Below are positions 1 through 12,141 of a stretch of 64,000 bases of DNA, piece after piece. The position numbers and the translations under genes are program-made. How positions within the stretch are numbered: position 1 is the stretch's first letter; every line of letters begins with the position of its first letter. The notes below the pieces were generated by a model. The model was not told where the DNA came from, did no database searches, and saw only the letters and a list, made by a program, of their open reading frames with translations. The DNA comes from Styela clava (taxonomy: Eukaryota). The DNA is taken from NCBI RefSeq assembly GCF_964204865.1, contig NC_135250.1, positions 4,836,001 to 4,900,000 of the forward strand. Reading direction: 5' to 3'.

Positions 1-212
1 ATTTTCCGGAAGTAAGAAAATTTTTTTCGTTAATTTTGTGTCAAATTTGAGGAAAAATGCGTATACATATTCGTTGCTTCTTATTTTGCAATATATCTTT
101 TTATGGTCGCCATTGATATTAGTATATGATTATCACTAAACTGAAGTTAATATTATTGTACAGTCTATCTGGAACTAGGCTAGCTCGCGATTGAAGAATT
201 TTGCAATAATAT

Positions 213-2758
213 ATGATGACAATGTCACCAACTAAATATTATTATGATTTGATGTCACAACCATGCAGAGCAATCTACATCTTTCTCAAATGTGCTAGGA
301 TTCCTTTCCAGTCAGAAGTTGTGGCTTTGCGTAAAGGTAACAAGTTTGTTATAAAATATATAAAACAAAATTTGTGATCCGTATTTTCCTGCTCTTCTAG
401 GAGGGTTTTATATTCCTTTTTGAGTATTTGTTTTTAAACTTCCATGATTGATGGTCTATGAAGACTCAGTGTTGTGGCCAGTGCTCTTCTATAAAAATAC
501 CGTAGTTTAACTTTTAACATTTTTTTTTTAATTTTGGAGTAGCTCACATATATTTTGTTAGAAATCCTATTAACTCTAATAGTGAATATCGAAGCCATTT
601 GTCCTACCTTTCTACCAAGTCTCAACTCTAATAAAATTTTTAAGCAGTATAAATATTTTACAGGAGAACATAGAACTCCAGATTATTTAAAGTTGAATCC
701 AATGGGTTTGGTTCCAGTCATTGATGACAATGGTTTTGTTTTGACAGAGAGGTAAGTATTTGCGGATAATTTTTCTAGATATCTTATATAGAAATTTTGA
801 TTGATAAGACCAGGGGTGTGCAACGGGCGGCGAACCACAACCAGTATTGCCCTTATCAACACTCTGATTTTCCCCGTCCAGCATAAGTTCCTGATCCGAC
901 AGTTTATGGGTAATAAAAATACCTTTTTTTTTGCTCTCGTGCTGCTTTAAATCTTTCACCGTTTGCCCGATGCCTTTATTACTAAAAGGCTAAGAGGTAG
1001 CTGCATTCTTTTCTCATATCTTTCCCACGGCACTCTGGTTTTATTCAACGAGTGTCATGACTACAGGAATCCAATAGAAAAAGTCCAATATACTGTTTTG
1101 TCCATTATAAATTTTCTTGTTGTTATTGATATAGTTCGTCATAAATATTCTATTTTTTTTTTCAGTGTTGCAATAATGAAATATCTTGCTGATAAATACA
1201 GTGCTGATGAATCTCTGTATCCTAAAGATTTACAACTAAGGGCGAAGGTTGATGAATATTGTGCATGGCAGCATCTTAATACACGGTATTTGTCATAAAA
1301 CTTTGTATAATTACTGAATAGGGAACAGAAATTGCAGTCTGAGTGCGCACAAGGAATTTACATGAAGTTTTCATCATCTACTGACAGTTTCTTTTCGAGT
1401 TTTTATTTGGTTGAAATATCCACGGCTGAGAAGTTGGGTAAATTTACGATTGATTCAGAATAGTTGCTGATAATTTTGAATACAGCTCCAAATCAAATCT
1501 CGATAATAAAAACTGCAGCACATATGCAGAGATTTTTTTTATACACCATTAAAAACGCTTGTTCAACTATTCAGTTTTTTCTCAATGGAAATTTAATTAT
1601 CTCGATTAAAAGTCTTAAATTCTGACTCATGTGAGTTTGAAAACGACTCTCGAAATACCTTTATCAATGGGAAAACTTTCTTAGTTACTTTGATTATTAC
1701 TTTAAACAAATCTGTAAGAATTCATAATTTGAGTATGGCTTACTAATTGATAATGTTGTGAGAAGTCCCCAAGTCAAATCAATTACCAGGCCTCACTCTT
1801 TGTCTCCTGGTACTCGTACTACATTCCGGTGTTCGCCCTCTTGGTTCACGTACTACACACCTTTTTTCTATCATACGAACCATTGATTACTCTTACAGAA
1901 TGAAGTCAGCTAAAGTATTCATTGCAGAAGTCATCATGTCAACTCCTTCCTCGGATGTTGGTCACCTAGTTGATAATATGAATAAAATGTTGGACCAATT
2001 TGAAAATATATTTTTGAAGAAAAAGAAGTTTATAGCAGGTTAGAAAAGATATTTAATTGTAGCAAAAAGGCGTGAAATGGCATGTATGAAAAAATGTAAT
2101 AAAAAAGATACTTTTGGAAGCGGCATATGGCAAGAATGCAGCAGAGAAATTAATTATTTAAGATAGGATTTTCATATTTTATCTTGCAAGAGAGAAAACT
2201 TGATAAGATGGTTTAAATACATGGTTCAGTACAGCCTTGTCTGGTTTAGGTAATAGTAATACTCAGTTAACTGATTGTTAATTTTACCGCACATACGGTA
2301 ACTATATACCACAGCATTCACAGGTTTCAAATTTTGAAGCCAGCTCTCAAGGCAATATTAGGCGTAATAACAGTGACTCAAAAAATTTTGTCTCTTACTT
2401 TGCTAAATATGCTTTGGGTGAGCGTATGGAACGGGATTCATGCTAAATTCATCGTGATGATTATGATGGATATAATAATGTGCCAGAAGGTTAAAGTGTT
2501 CATATCAAGTGAAATTTCTGTCAAAATATGCCAATATGAACTCTCGATTTATTTCCAGGAGACCAATTGACAATCGCAGATCTACTAGCTGCCTGTGAAA
2601 TCATGCAACCGACATGTAGTGGTCGTGATGTTCTCGCTGGGAGGCCGGTTATAAAAGCATGGATGGATAGAGTCCGAAATGCTACTAACCCATATTTTGA
2701 TGAAGCGCATGCTATGGTTTATCGTGTCAGAGAGAAACGTATAAAGCAAAAATTGTGA
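213..2758 (+). CDS. GSTT: Glutathione S-transferase, theta class (5 exons, ~223 aa)
   Basis: Exons 213-336, 664-751, 1166-1285, 1899-2038, 2559-2758 all have GT-AG boundaries and join in frame (672 nt). Protein contains [15 protein letters not shown] (theta catalytic Ser motif), [27 protein letters not shown] and [12 protein letters not shown]. Confidence 0.93.
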
Positions 2759-4134
2759 TTGTTGGTCATGTGTTTAATTATTCATACAATTTCAATTCAA
2801 TCTCTATGCGGGGACGTTCGAAAACGATTGGTTATATAAATATATTCAAATTAGTAGATTTCTGATCATAAGAATAGGTATTTTGAAATTGATATCTCAT
2901 ATCACATTAAGAAAATACAGGCTTCTTGAATTTGAAAATTGTTGAGAATAGAATAAACATGAAGTCTACCTCACATCCAATCATATCTCTATAATTTTGC
3001 AATGATGAGTCATCATCCTCAATTCAGATGTTCTTGTTTTTTAGTGCGACATGGTTCTGAATTCATCTGCGACATGATTCTGATAGGAACCTATCCCCTA
3101 AATTTTTGAACCCAGTGATCCCAATTTAGAATACATTCCATATATTTTCAAATAGTAAAAATACGTAGTTCGGCCACCTCAGTGGATAGGTTCATGTCCT
3201 TGTGGTGTGGCATCCCAAAAATTTACTTATTTTTGTAGATGAATTTTGGTCTGAAATTCCTATAATGAAATTCTTCAAGGACTAGAGAATATTACAATCT
3301 CTGAATGAATTTTAAGTTAGTTGTTTGAGACTAGCAATTTTTCGTCTTCAATAATGATATGCAATTATTTTATTCAAAATTTATCATTGTTTTCATGTAC
3401 CTAATCATTTTTGTAATTTGTGCACTGTGCAAGGATATTATATAATTAATTAATAGATTATATTCTGGCATGTTTTGCTGGCCTCATCCACGGGGTAATG
3501 ATGATAGCTTCACGAATTATGTAGGTAATACAGGGTAGAAATATCACCCAGGTTTAATGGAGCTGTGACCATACGTTTTGTAATTATGTTGTTCTTAGTA
3601 TCGTTTTCACACTATTGGATCAATTGCTTGGAAATTTTCAGAGGTTGAAGATATATTTTTTTGCTAGAAGGCTATTACTATTTTGTTTAAAATAGTAAAA
3701 ATTGACTATAAATTATGGTCGGGCCCCTATAGATCCCATAAACTACTTCCAATCAACTTCAACAATAGAGTAAAAATTTAATGAGAAAAACATGCAACAG
3801 TATTTTGCTCTGCATCTAAGGGGAGTTAAATAATAAAGTAGTGAAGGAGTATGAAACAAACAGTAGATCATGATATGCACTGGTTATAGCAGTGTTTATG
3901 GACTGCTGACAAAGAGCAGCAAATTGAAGTAAAATAGCAACATAAACTTTGATTTTTCTGGTGAGGTATATATTTTAAAAAATAGAATCAGTACACATTT
4001 GTGATGATAAAGTGCATAAAAATGTTATCAGTAATCTTAACCAGTATCAGGTTATATAGAGATTTAGTACATTACATATATTGATAGCTATATACATCCA
4101 GAAATGCTAAATTAATCTTTCCATGCAGTTGCAG

Positions 4135-4641
4135 CTAGGCACCAGGACATATCAAGACTGGTACAGAACTGTGGTGAAGCACATAGTGACTGACAGATCC
4201 CAGAATTGTTCGTCTTATTGTCCCTAAGCCTCTGGTACCAATAACAATCAATTTGGCATTATTTTTCTTGGCTGCATTTATTATAGCAACCCCTGGTCCT
4301 TTCTTTATATCTTCGTCAATTATAACTTGGTGGTTGAGCCCTATGTCGCTACATAATTTTTCATACTTCTCTTTCAATCTTTTATTGTGCAGCTCAATTT
4401 CATCATATGCAGCCATTAAGCTTTCGGGCATGAACCCTACCCCTCCACCAGGGACAAAAGCAGGTATTTTGACTTGGTCAGAAGCATGAAATATTATAAC
4501 ATTACTGTCAGATTGTCTGAAATTGCTGGTGAAGTATTGGAAAGCCTCTAGTGCATTTGAGCTACCATCCACACATATAAGAACTGTATTAGCAGGGCAG
4601 TCATAAATCTGCTCCATGGAAGGTGTACCAGGAATTGCCAT
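4135..4641 (-). CDS. Universal stress protein (UspA-domain), single coding exon, 168 aa
   Basis: ORF has VLICVDGSSNALEAF at the N-terminus and LIVIGTRGLGTIRRTILGSVSHYVLHHSSVPVLI (G-x2-G-x9-GS nucleotide-binding motif) at the C-terminus. Confidence 0.93.
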   Translation of the reverse strand: MAIPGTPSMEQIYDCPANTVLICVDGSSNALEAFQYFTSNFRQSDSNVIIFHASDQVKIPAFVPGGGVGFMPESLMAAYDEIELHNKRLKEKYEKLCSDIGLNHQVIIDEDIKKGPGVAIINAAKKNNAKLIVIGTRGLGTIRRTILGSVSHYVLHHSSVPVLICPGA

Positions 4642-6251
4642 ATTGCTGCCTTAATGTTTGTCTGATAACAGTAACAAAGTTTATTCACACTGAATTGTCT
4701 AAAGCACTAAATGTTTAGTAAAAACAACAATTTAAATAACATAGTAGCCTACACAAGATACAACCTAATTCTAGTTGTCCTTTTTGCCAAGCCAATCCAC
4801 GACTACTTAGTTTGGTATAACTGTATAAGTTTATTTCGACTCCATAACCAGCAACAGACCATGAAATAATTGATAAAAACAAAATAAATAAAACTGATTA
4901 TAGAATCGGAAAGCAAACGAAACCTCAAGTAAGGTTTGAAGCGTACCGGTACAGATACAGATTTTAGGTGAGAAGGTATTAATAAAAGTAGTAGTACATG
5001 TTCGCTTACCCAAAAGATAAAAACTAATTAAGGCACGCACGTACACACACTCCCGACTTCCCCCAACTTCAATATCATACGGCAAGTACCGGTACTGTAA
5101 CTCTCCCTATTGGAGTCAATGCTGGTGCACTAGTATAATGTTTTATTTGATATTAAAATTGCGTTGTGAGAATGATCACAAAACAAAACAGTTTTTAAAC
5201 CGGCGACCAATACCGGTACCAAATATTTACTGATACCGTAATACCGTACCATACGGCACGGTAGTCGTATACGGTATATGTAAATCCTATCCTATGGGAT
5301 CTTATATATCATCCAAAAATTCGCTGTGATATATTTTTATTCAACAGAACCATGGTTTTTGATCCGCTAAGCGTGACAGCTGTCTTGATTTGCAAAATCC
5401 TGCTAAGCGGAAGTTTTTTCGATACCGCGCGGTGACGCACTGTAGGTGCAGAGGGTATGTAAGTCGTTGTTACAGAGGTAGATACGTAAGTTACTTTAGA
5501 AGTAAAGAACTGTAAATAATTTGAAACTACAGTTTTTGTCAAATCATGGTAAAGCTAGCACAGTCCGGGTACCAGTACTAGTGAGTTACGACGGTCCGCA
5601 GTTTCAGCTTCGCCCAGAATATGTTTTGGGTGAAATATTTAGTTTTGGATTTCGTGATGATATATTTGAGCATTTCTCTCTTGTTTCAGTGATATCGGGT
5701 TCGTTCTTTTTTTTTGAACTCTATACAAAGTTGTGTACAGCTTTCCAAAAAATTTCGTATTCTGTATATATATACATATCCCTGCATTTCAATATTAATA
5801 TCTATACTTTGATGGTGGGAATATTAGTTACTGCCGCACAATCTACTTGCATGTGATTTTTTCGGTGTCAAATAAAAATAATCAACAACAATGAACAGTG
5901 CATGTGGTTGAACTACTGCATATGTCATTGTATATCGAGTGTTATTTCGGTGTCCCTGAACTCCGACTCACAAGTCTTTCGAGTATGTGTCGAGTCTGAG
6001 TTCAAAGTCGAGCTATTCCATTCAAATGACCAAAGTCTGATGATAAATCGTGACCTCGACTCTCTCCAACACTGATTTACTCAACCACTGAAATCAAACT
6101 TATGTGTGTGAATCATTGTATTTACACTTAAACGACACACAAGAAATAAAGACTAAACAATAGAATAGTTGTGTGGCACTTAAAAGTGAGTTTGAAATAC
6201 TCGCCGAGAGCAAGTGTGACAAATAAGCCTGGTGGACGTGGTCTGTTTATT

Positions 6252-6440
6252 TTACATGGATCTCATGCATAACACTCCTGCAGCGTTTACGGTCGGTTTC
6301 CGGTTTTGCATGCCTCCTTCGATTCCGGGGTATTGACTGACCTTAACCACAACTCTCGTTTCGGCGGCATTCATTGAAGGGAAGTTGGAGTCCCAGGCTT
6401 GGTGAACCGCCCACTCTCTCTTGGAAATCACTTTTTGGTT
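6252..6440 (-). pseudogene. CTL-A: orphan terminal exon paralogous to CTL-B
   Basis: 189-nt exon after a ttttag acceptor encodes NQKVISKREWAVHQAWDSNFPSMNAAETRVVVKVSQYPGIEGGMQNRKPTVNAAGVLCMRSM*, matching 12142-12330. I found no counterparts of B exons 1-6 in this duplicate. Confidence 0.8.
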
Positions 6441-6507
6441 CTAAAATTTTTTTTTTTTTTATAATTAAATAGTTTTTTATCAGCATCCAAAAGCAATTCC
6501 CGATATA

Positions 6508-7107
6508 CAGGGTGTCTCAAAAGTAAGTATAATATACACTTTCAGTTTTGATTTGCTTTCCAGGTACTCATGACTGAGCGTACACTTCTTCAGAAAACAT
6601 AGTATGGATAAATAGTAAAATTCAGGTATTGTTTGCATTTTTTGACAACCCACAGAATGACAAGGAGATTAACCCAAGTAATGAGGTGAAAAATTGCTGT
6701 TTGGCAAGAAGCATAAAAACAGAAAGGCATTTGGCACTTTTACGACGAAGAATTACGCAATTCATCTAAAATTCATAGAATCAGTAGATGATGCACAAAG
6801 ATCAGGAAAACCAAGGAGCTGACGCTCTGAAAAAAACATTCGAAGTTGAATTAATTTAAATTTCTCTGTTAAAGAGGCGCTAAGTTTGCCTTACTATTTT
6901 AAATGCTTCTTGCCAATCAGCAATTTTGCTCCAGATTTTTTGAGTTAATATCTTTGTCATTCTGTGGGTTGTATAAAGAAGCAAACAATACCTAAAAATT
7001 TTTACGAGTTATCCATACTATGTAACCTGAAGAAATGAACGCTCCATGATGAGTACCTGAAAAGCAAATCAAAATTAATAGTGTATACTTACTTTTGAGA
7101 CACCCTG
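6508..7107. mobile_element. Tc1/mariner-derived non-autonomous element with long TIRs
   Basis: TA|CAGGGTGTCTCAAAAGTAAGT...ACTTACTTTTGAGACACCCTG|TA. The inverted arms extend ~200 bp. An internal relic reads SVDDAQRSGKPRS*RSEKNI. The element is absent from the paralogous site near 12475. Confidence 0.88.
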
Positions 7108-7378
7108 TATAATGAAAATTTACGTAATGTAAGGATGAGCGTAATCTGAATCATCTCCCAAATTTAACGTGCGAGGATCTGACTTGGATAATCGTATGGT
7201 CGTATCGCTCCATCCAGTCTTTATCAAAAAACATGTGGTCTGTTTATTTCATTCATTTGTTTTTAGTTAATTATTCAATGAATCAATCTTGTTATTCTCT
7301 AATTATGCAATTATATTGGGTGGTAGCTGACTGGTGACCCTCTCGAGGTCGTATGGCTATGCGAAACCTTTTTGTTCA

Positions 7379-8018
7379 TTACTTATCGATTTTAATCGGT
7401 AAGTATGTTGGTAGGTATTTGTCTGTTAGATGCACGCGATATCTCACGAAGGCGTGGTTGAATCTGCTCCAAATTTTGCATGTGCATTCATCATATCTCG
7501 GACCAGAAGCCTATTGATTTTGGATGATATGTCGTATAATTAGCGAGTTATTAATTAATTAGTGATGAAGAGATCTGGATTTTTACAAAGCGAGAGATTT
7601 TTGAGACGCGCTGAATGTGTGTGTGCGTGTCCGATGCGCAAGTTTTCACGCTAGTGAGTCAGAGCGAAGGTAACTTTGACGTCGTCGCGATGCGCAAGTT
7701 TCCTTCGCAACCCAGGTTAGCGCCGTTGTATTTGATTCAAAATATAGCATTGGTAAATAGGCTATTGACTGGAAACTAATCGAAACAATCCAGTTCGGGT
7801 TTGCAGAATTCTTCATAAAAGTATTTCCTCGATTAGTATTCCGACGACGACATGGGTAGTTGGCTATTGTTTCCTACATTTTTGATATTGGCTGAAAACT
7901 AATCAAAACAATCCAGTTCGGGTTTGCAGAATTTTTCGAATCGAAACCGCAGTTTCTGTTTTGGGGGATCCCCTAACTTTCGATCGATAAGTCTTCGGTC
8001 TCTGACCGATATTCTCGT
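7379..8018 (+). mobile_element. Helentron/DINE-1-like non-autonomous element, copy 1
   Basis: Subterminal inverted repeats ACTTATCGAT (7381) and ATCGATAAGT (7983), a 3' hairpin TCGGTC-tct-GACCGA, and a short GTCT seed. Homologous to 35545-36315 and 37658-38033. Confidence 0.7.
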
Positions 8019-8034
8019 TTATTTATTGTTCATA

Positions 8035-8892
8035 TATTGTCACGCTAATAACCGAATTGCGTAAGTCATTTTTAGCAGTTTTGAGGAAAACGTAAAAAAC
8101 TTCCTAATGATATTGCTATGCCATTGAGAGTCAATATTTTGCCATAGGTCAAATTTTTGATCGTAGCCGGATTTAAGTTAATTTGTATGACGCAGTCATA
8201 TGACGTCATAATGGCGCACTGTGACTTAGGCAGAAATGTGTCTATGACTTGGTGACATACGCATTTTTGCAACTTGACTATATGCACCAGTCCTGAAAAC
8301 CAAACAATCCAAAAACGAATGTAATTCTTAGTATCTACGATGTCTAATCCCTAAAATAGCTAATCTGTTTCAATTACATTATTTTTTATGTTTAAAAATA
8401 TATATTTCATCAATATAACACGCTCAGCACACCCACCGAAATAAGACTGAGATTAAATATAGAGAATAAAACAGCAATGTACCCTTATATAGTAGCCAAG
8501 TACCAAGTAGTACCAAGTATAGTACCAATGTGAATTGGACTCAGACAGTGAACAAGTGCACGCCTTCCTATACTGTAGTATAAATTCAAATTTATAGGCG
8601 CTAAACTAGAATCTGAGATGCAAAAACTCGAAAATCCTTCGCCGAGGTTATTTTGCCTTTGTGACGTCACAATAGTTCTGCGGTACCAATGATAATTCAT
8701 TATGACGAAACAATTGAACAAATTTGCATGTCATACAAAATCTCAATTTTTATGGGTTATGGGTTTATGGAAATTTTTAAAATAAAATCTGAGTTAACAG
8801 GCAGGTGCGCAGCATTACATAAATACCTATTTTATAAAAAACTCAAAACCGCCAAAAATGACTTACGCAATTCGGTTATTAGCCTGACGATG
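8035..8892. mobile_element. Non-autonomous TIR element (~50-bp TIRs)
   Basis: GCTAATAACCGAATTGCGTAAGTCATTTTTAGCAGTTTTGAG near 8044 is mirrored by CTCAAAACCGCCAAAAATGACTTACGCAATTCGGTTATTAGC at ~8842-8883. Confidence 0.75.
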
Positions 8893-11709
8893 TGGTAATT
8901 CAGCTCCGGCATATTGCATGGCTAAGCGTAACTTTTGTATGACAATCATGTAGTCATGTCCGTTTGTTACAAGCTTGATTTTTGAGACCGCAATTTTCGT
9001 AGATTAGGCTTTTGATTATTTTTTCAAAATAATAAATAAAATAGGATGATGTATCTCAGAATTGCGAGAAGTGCCGTGATTGAAACTTAGAGTCACCATG
9101 GCAAATATTTTCATCCATTTTGAATATTACGTAACAGTTTTCAAGAGGAATATTTGGGAAAATTATATCTTTTCATAGGAATTTTATATATTATCAAGAC
9201 TCTATACCAACTTCTATTAATGTATGTCGAGGATGTGTGAGTTTTTTGGAAATACTTGGTATTATTGTGTTGTGAGGATGGGATTTGATATCGGGCTCAG
9301 TCTTAAAGTGGTTGCTTCCTACCTTTCTTCTCAAAAGTTTAATAAACTTTCTCGGAAATCAATCAACCAATAAAAACATTTGGTATTGTTTATACTAGAA
9401 AGGGCGGTGTTTTTTCTCCAAATTTAATTGGGCCATATATTTTAATTTTATCATTTTCAGCAAACCGAAACTGACAATCGTGGTTTCGATTAGATTTATA
9501 CTCGAGATAAATTATAATATCCGTTCTCTTTCTTATTTATTTATAAGCAAGATCTCAGTCTACGATTATCAATATCCGGCAAACCGTGCTTGTCAGTTTT
9601 TCAATGGTGAAAATGATAAAATCAAAACGCGGTCCAACGAGAGTCGACGAAAACGAACAGCGTCGAGGTTCTAACAATAGCGATTGTATGTTCTTTTTCA
9701 CTTCCAAAGTGGTTTAACCAGTATTCTCAACTTGATTTTTGAAATAGGCTTGAAGCTTTTATTTGGCTTACAGTAACTCCCAAGAAAAGTGTATAGCTGA
9801 AATTTATAGTTTATATACTGATGTAACGTTTAAATTTCAACTGTTAGATTGCTTCACGGTGTGGAATAATTTGGTCTGTTTCACTGTATTGTGTATGATG
9901 TATAATGTATATCAACAAAATAAAATCATGATATATTTATTAAAGGTTTTGTGAGCATAAGATGTATTTGGGCGCTGAAAATGAACTACAATGGAACAAA
10001 GGTTGACACCAACTTATTAAACTACTGAGACGAGATAAATACCATTGTTTATGGTAATAATATTTCACTTTTGATTAAAACAGATTTCAAAATTCATACA
10101 AAACCTATGTACTTTTTATCGCTTTCAAATCTTGTACACTATTTATATGAAATTCTATCTCAATATCCAAAAATAAGCAATCAAAATTTTTAAAATCTGG
10201 CGTCATTTGTGCATGTCATTTATTTTATAACTTATTTTGTTTATTTCATAGCTAAGATTGCTCACGCTGCTGCATTGCCAAAAATTAACCAAAAAAATGT
10301 AAAACTTCTGCATTAACACTTATGCCCCCTGGAACAAAATGCTGCTAGGCTTTGAAAAGCACATAAATTGTTATGTTCGTATGACGGCATTGTTGCTTCA
10401 GATTTCTTACCGTAGCTGAATTTCCTTTAAAGCCCTTTTTGTAGTTCCCTTCATCGTTCATTGTTTATACGTGTTCTGGCAGCAGCGATCGTCGCATTTT
10501 AACTGTAGATAGATATTTAGCAAAGGATGTTTACTTGGTAACTTATTACGGTACCAGGTGTTATTCTATATTTCGTTGAGATATATTCTGCATATCTGTG
10601 AAATACACATATAATATCTGATTTCTCTGTATTATTTTCACAGAAATATATTTTTTGCTGAGTGGAATTGAAACCACACCTCCGATTTAACTCACTGCCC
10701 TACACGAAGCACGGGTTTATTAATTCGAGAGAAAAGCGATAGAAAAAGAAAAAAAGATGCTGTTAGCTTCCCAGGGGTCTTCAGTATTGATATGATATAG
10801 GTACTGTAACCCTCCCTATTGAAGTCAATGAGCTAGCTAGAGGCTCGGATGTAGGTATATTTACTGATATAGTCCATAGCTGTTAGCGCCAGCAAGCTAT
10901 CACTTTTATTTATTTCAAAATTTTCTATGAATCCTATGAGATCTGATATTTTATCCAGAACTTCCCTGTAACTATTTTTTATTCAAGAAAACATGTTTTT
11001 TAATCCGCCAAGCATGACAACTATCTTGCGCAAAATCTTGCTGCGAGAAAGGTTTTTCGATACCGGTGACTATATATGCTCATTACGGTGACGCACCGTA
11101 AGTTACTTTTGAAAGGTGAAGTGCTATATATAATTTAATACTGCAGCTGTATGTCGAATCATTTATCATTTTAATTCACGTTGGCACAAGACGCACGAAT
11201 CTTCATTTTCACAAGACCTGGTAAAGCTAGCGCACTCAGTCCTGGTACCGGTACTTGTCATAGTAAGTTACGATAGTCCACAGTTTCAGCTCCGCCCAGG
11301 ATATGTTTTGTGGAAAATTGTGGGTAAAATATTTCGTCTTGGCCTTCGTGATGATATATTTAGTCATTACTCTCTTGTTTCATTAATATCAGGTTTGTTC
11401 TTTTTGTTTTGAACTCGATACGTGGTTGTGTACGGCTTTCCAAAAGTCATCGTGTTCTGTATATACGTACTCCTGCATTCCAATATTGATATCTATACTT
11501 AGTGATGGGAATATTAGTTACTGCATAAGTGCTCAGTCTACTTGCATGTCATTTTCTGGGTGTCAAATAAAAATATTCAACGGCATTAAACAGTGCATGT
11601 GACATTGCAGCTCAAGTGATTGTTATTTATTTCGGTTTTCCTAAACCCCGAGCCACAAGTCTTTCAAGTTTCGTGTCGGGTCTGAGTACGAAGTCGAGCT
11701 ATTCCAATC

Positions 11710-11912
11710 GGTTCCATTACATTTGAACCCACGTACATTTGAACCCATGACAATTGCACCTGTATGCTATTGCACCTATGGAATTTTTTTTGTTTTTCGG
11801 ATAGTTGAACCCATACTAACCCTAACCCATGGGTTTTAGCACCCGCATATAGATTGAACCCGTGGATATACGCATGGGTTCAAATGTACGTGGGTTCAAA
11901 TGTACGGTCACC
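11710..11912. mobile_element. MITE with GG..CC ends, 9-bp TSD (Mutator-like)
   Basis: Perfect TSD ATTCCAATC (11701-11709, 11913-11921). Arms TACATTTGAACCCAC / GTGGGTTCAAATGTA, internal CTAACCCTAACCC. Empty site in the paralog near 6015. Confidence 0.88.
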
Positions 11913-12141
11913 ATTCCAATCAGATACCAAAGTATATGATAAATCGTGACCTCGCGCCTCTCCAACACTGATTTGCTCAACCATTGAAATCAAACTTATG
12001 TTTGTGAATCATTGTATTTACACTTAACAACACACAAGAAATAAAGACAATGAAATAGTTGTGTGGCACGTAAAAGTGAGTTTGAAATACTCGCCGAGAG
12101 CAAGTACGACAAGTAAGCCTGGTGGACGTGGTCTGTTTATT

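Larger units (their letters stand above)
5090..9570. repeat. Segmental duplicate (internally deleted) of ~10800-18320
   Basis: Collinear matches: 5091~10801, 5290~10930, 5550-6480~11220-12480, 7140-7370~12530-12670, 8895-9260~16945-17320, 9310-9570~18085-18310. Boundaries approximate. Confidence 0.85.

Noticed and set aside
4253-4489. Hydrophobic plus-strand ORF
   Set aside because: Antisense shadow of the USP CDS.
10411-10502. Minus-strand segment bounded by CTACAG and GTAAG, resembling an exon
   Set aside because: Stops in all three frames and no partner exons found.
11815-11830. CCCTAA repeats as interstitial telomere
   Set aside because: Only two units, found here inside a MITE.
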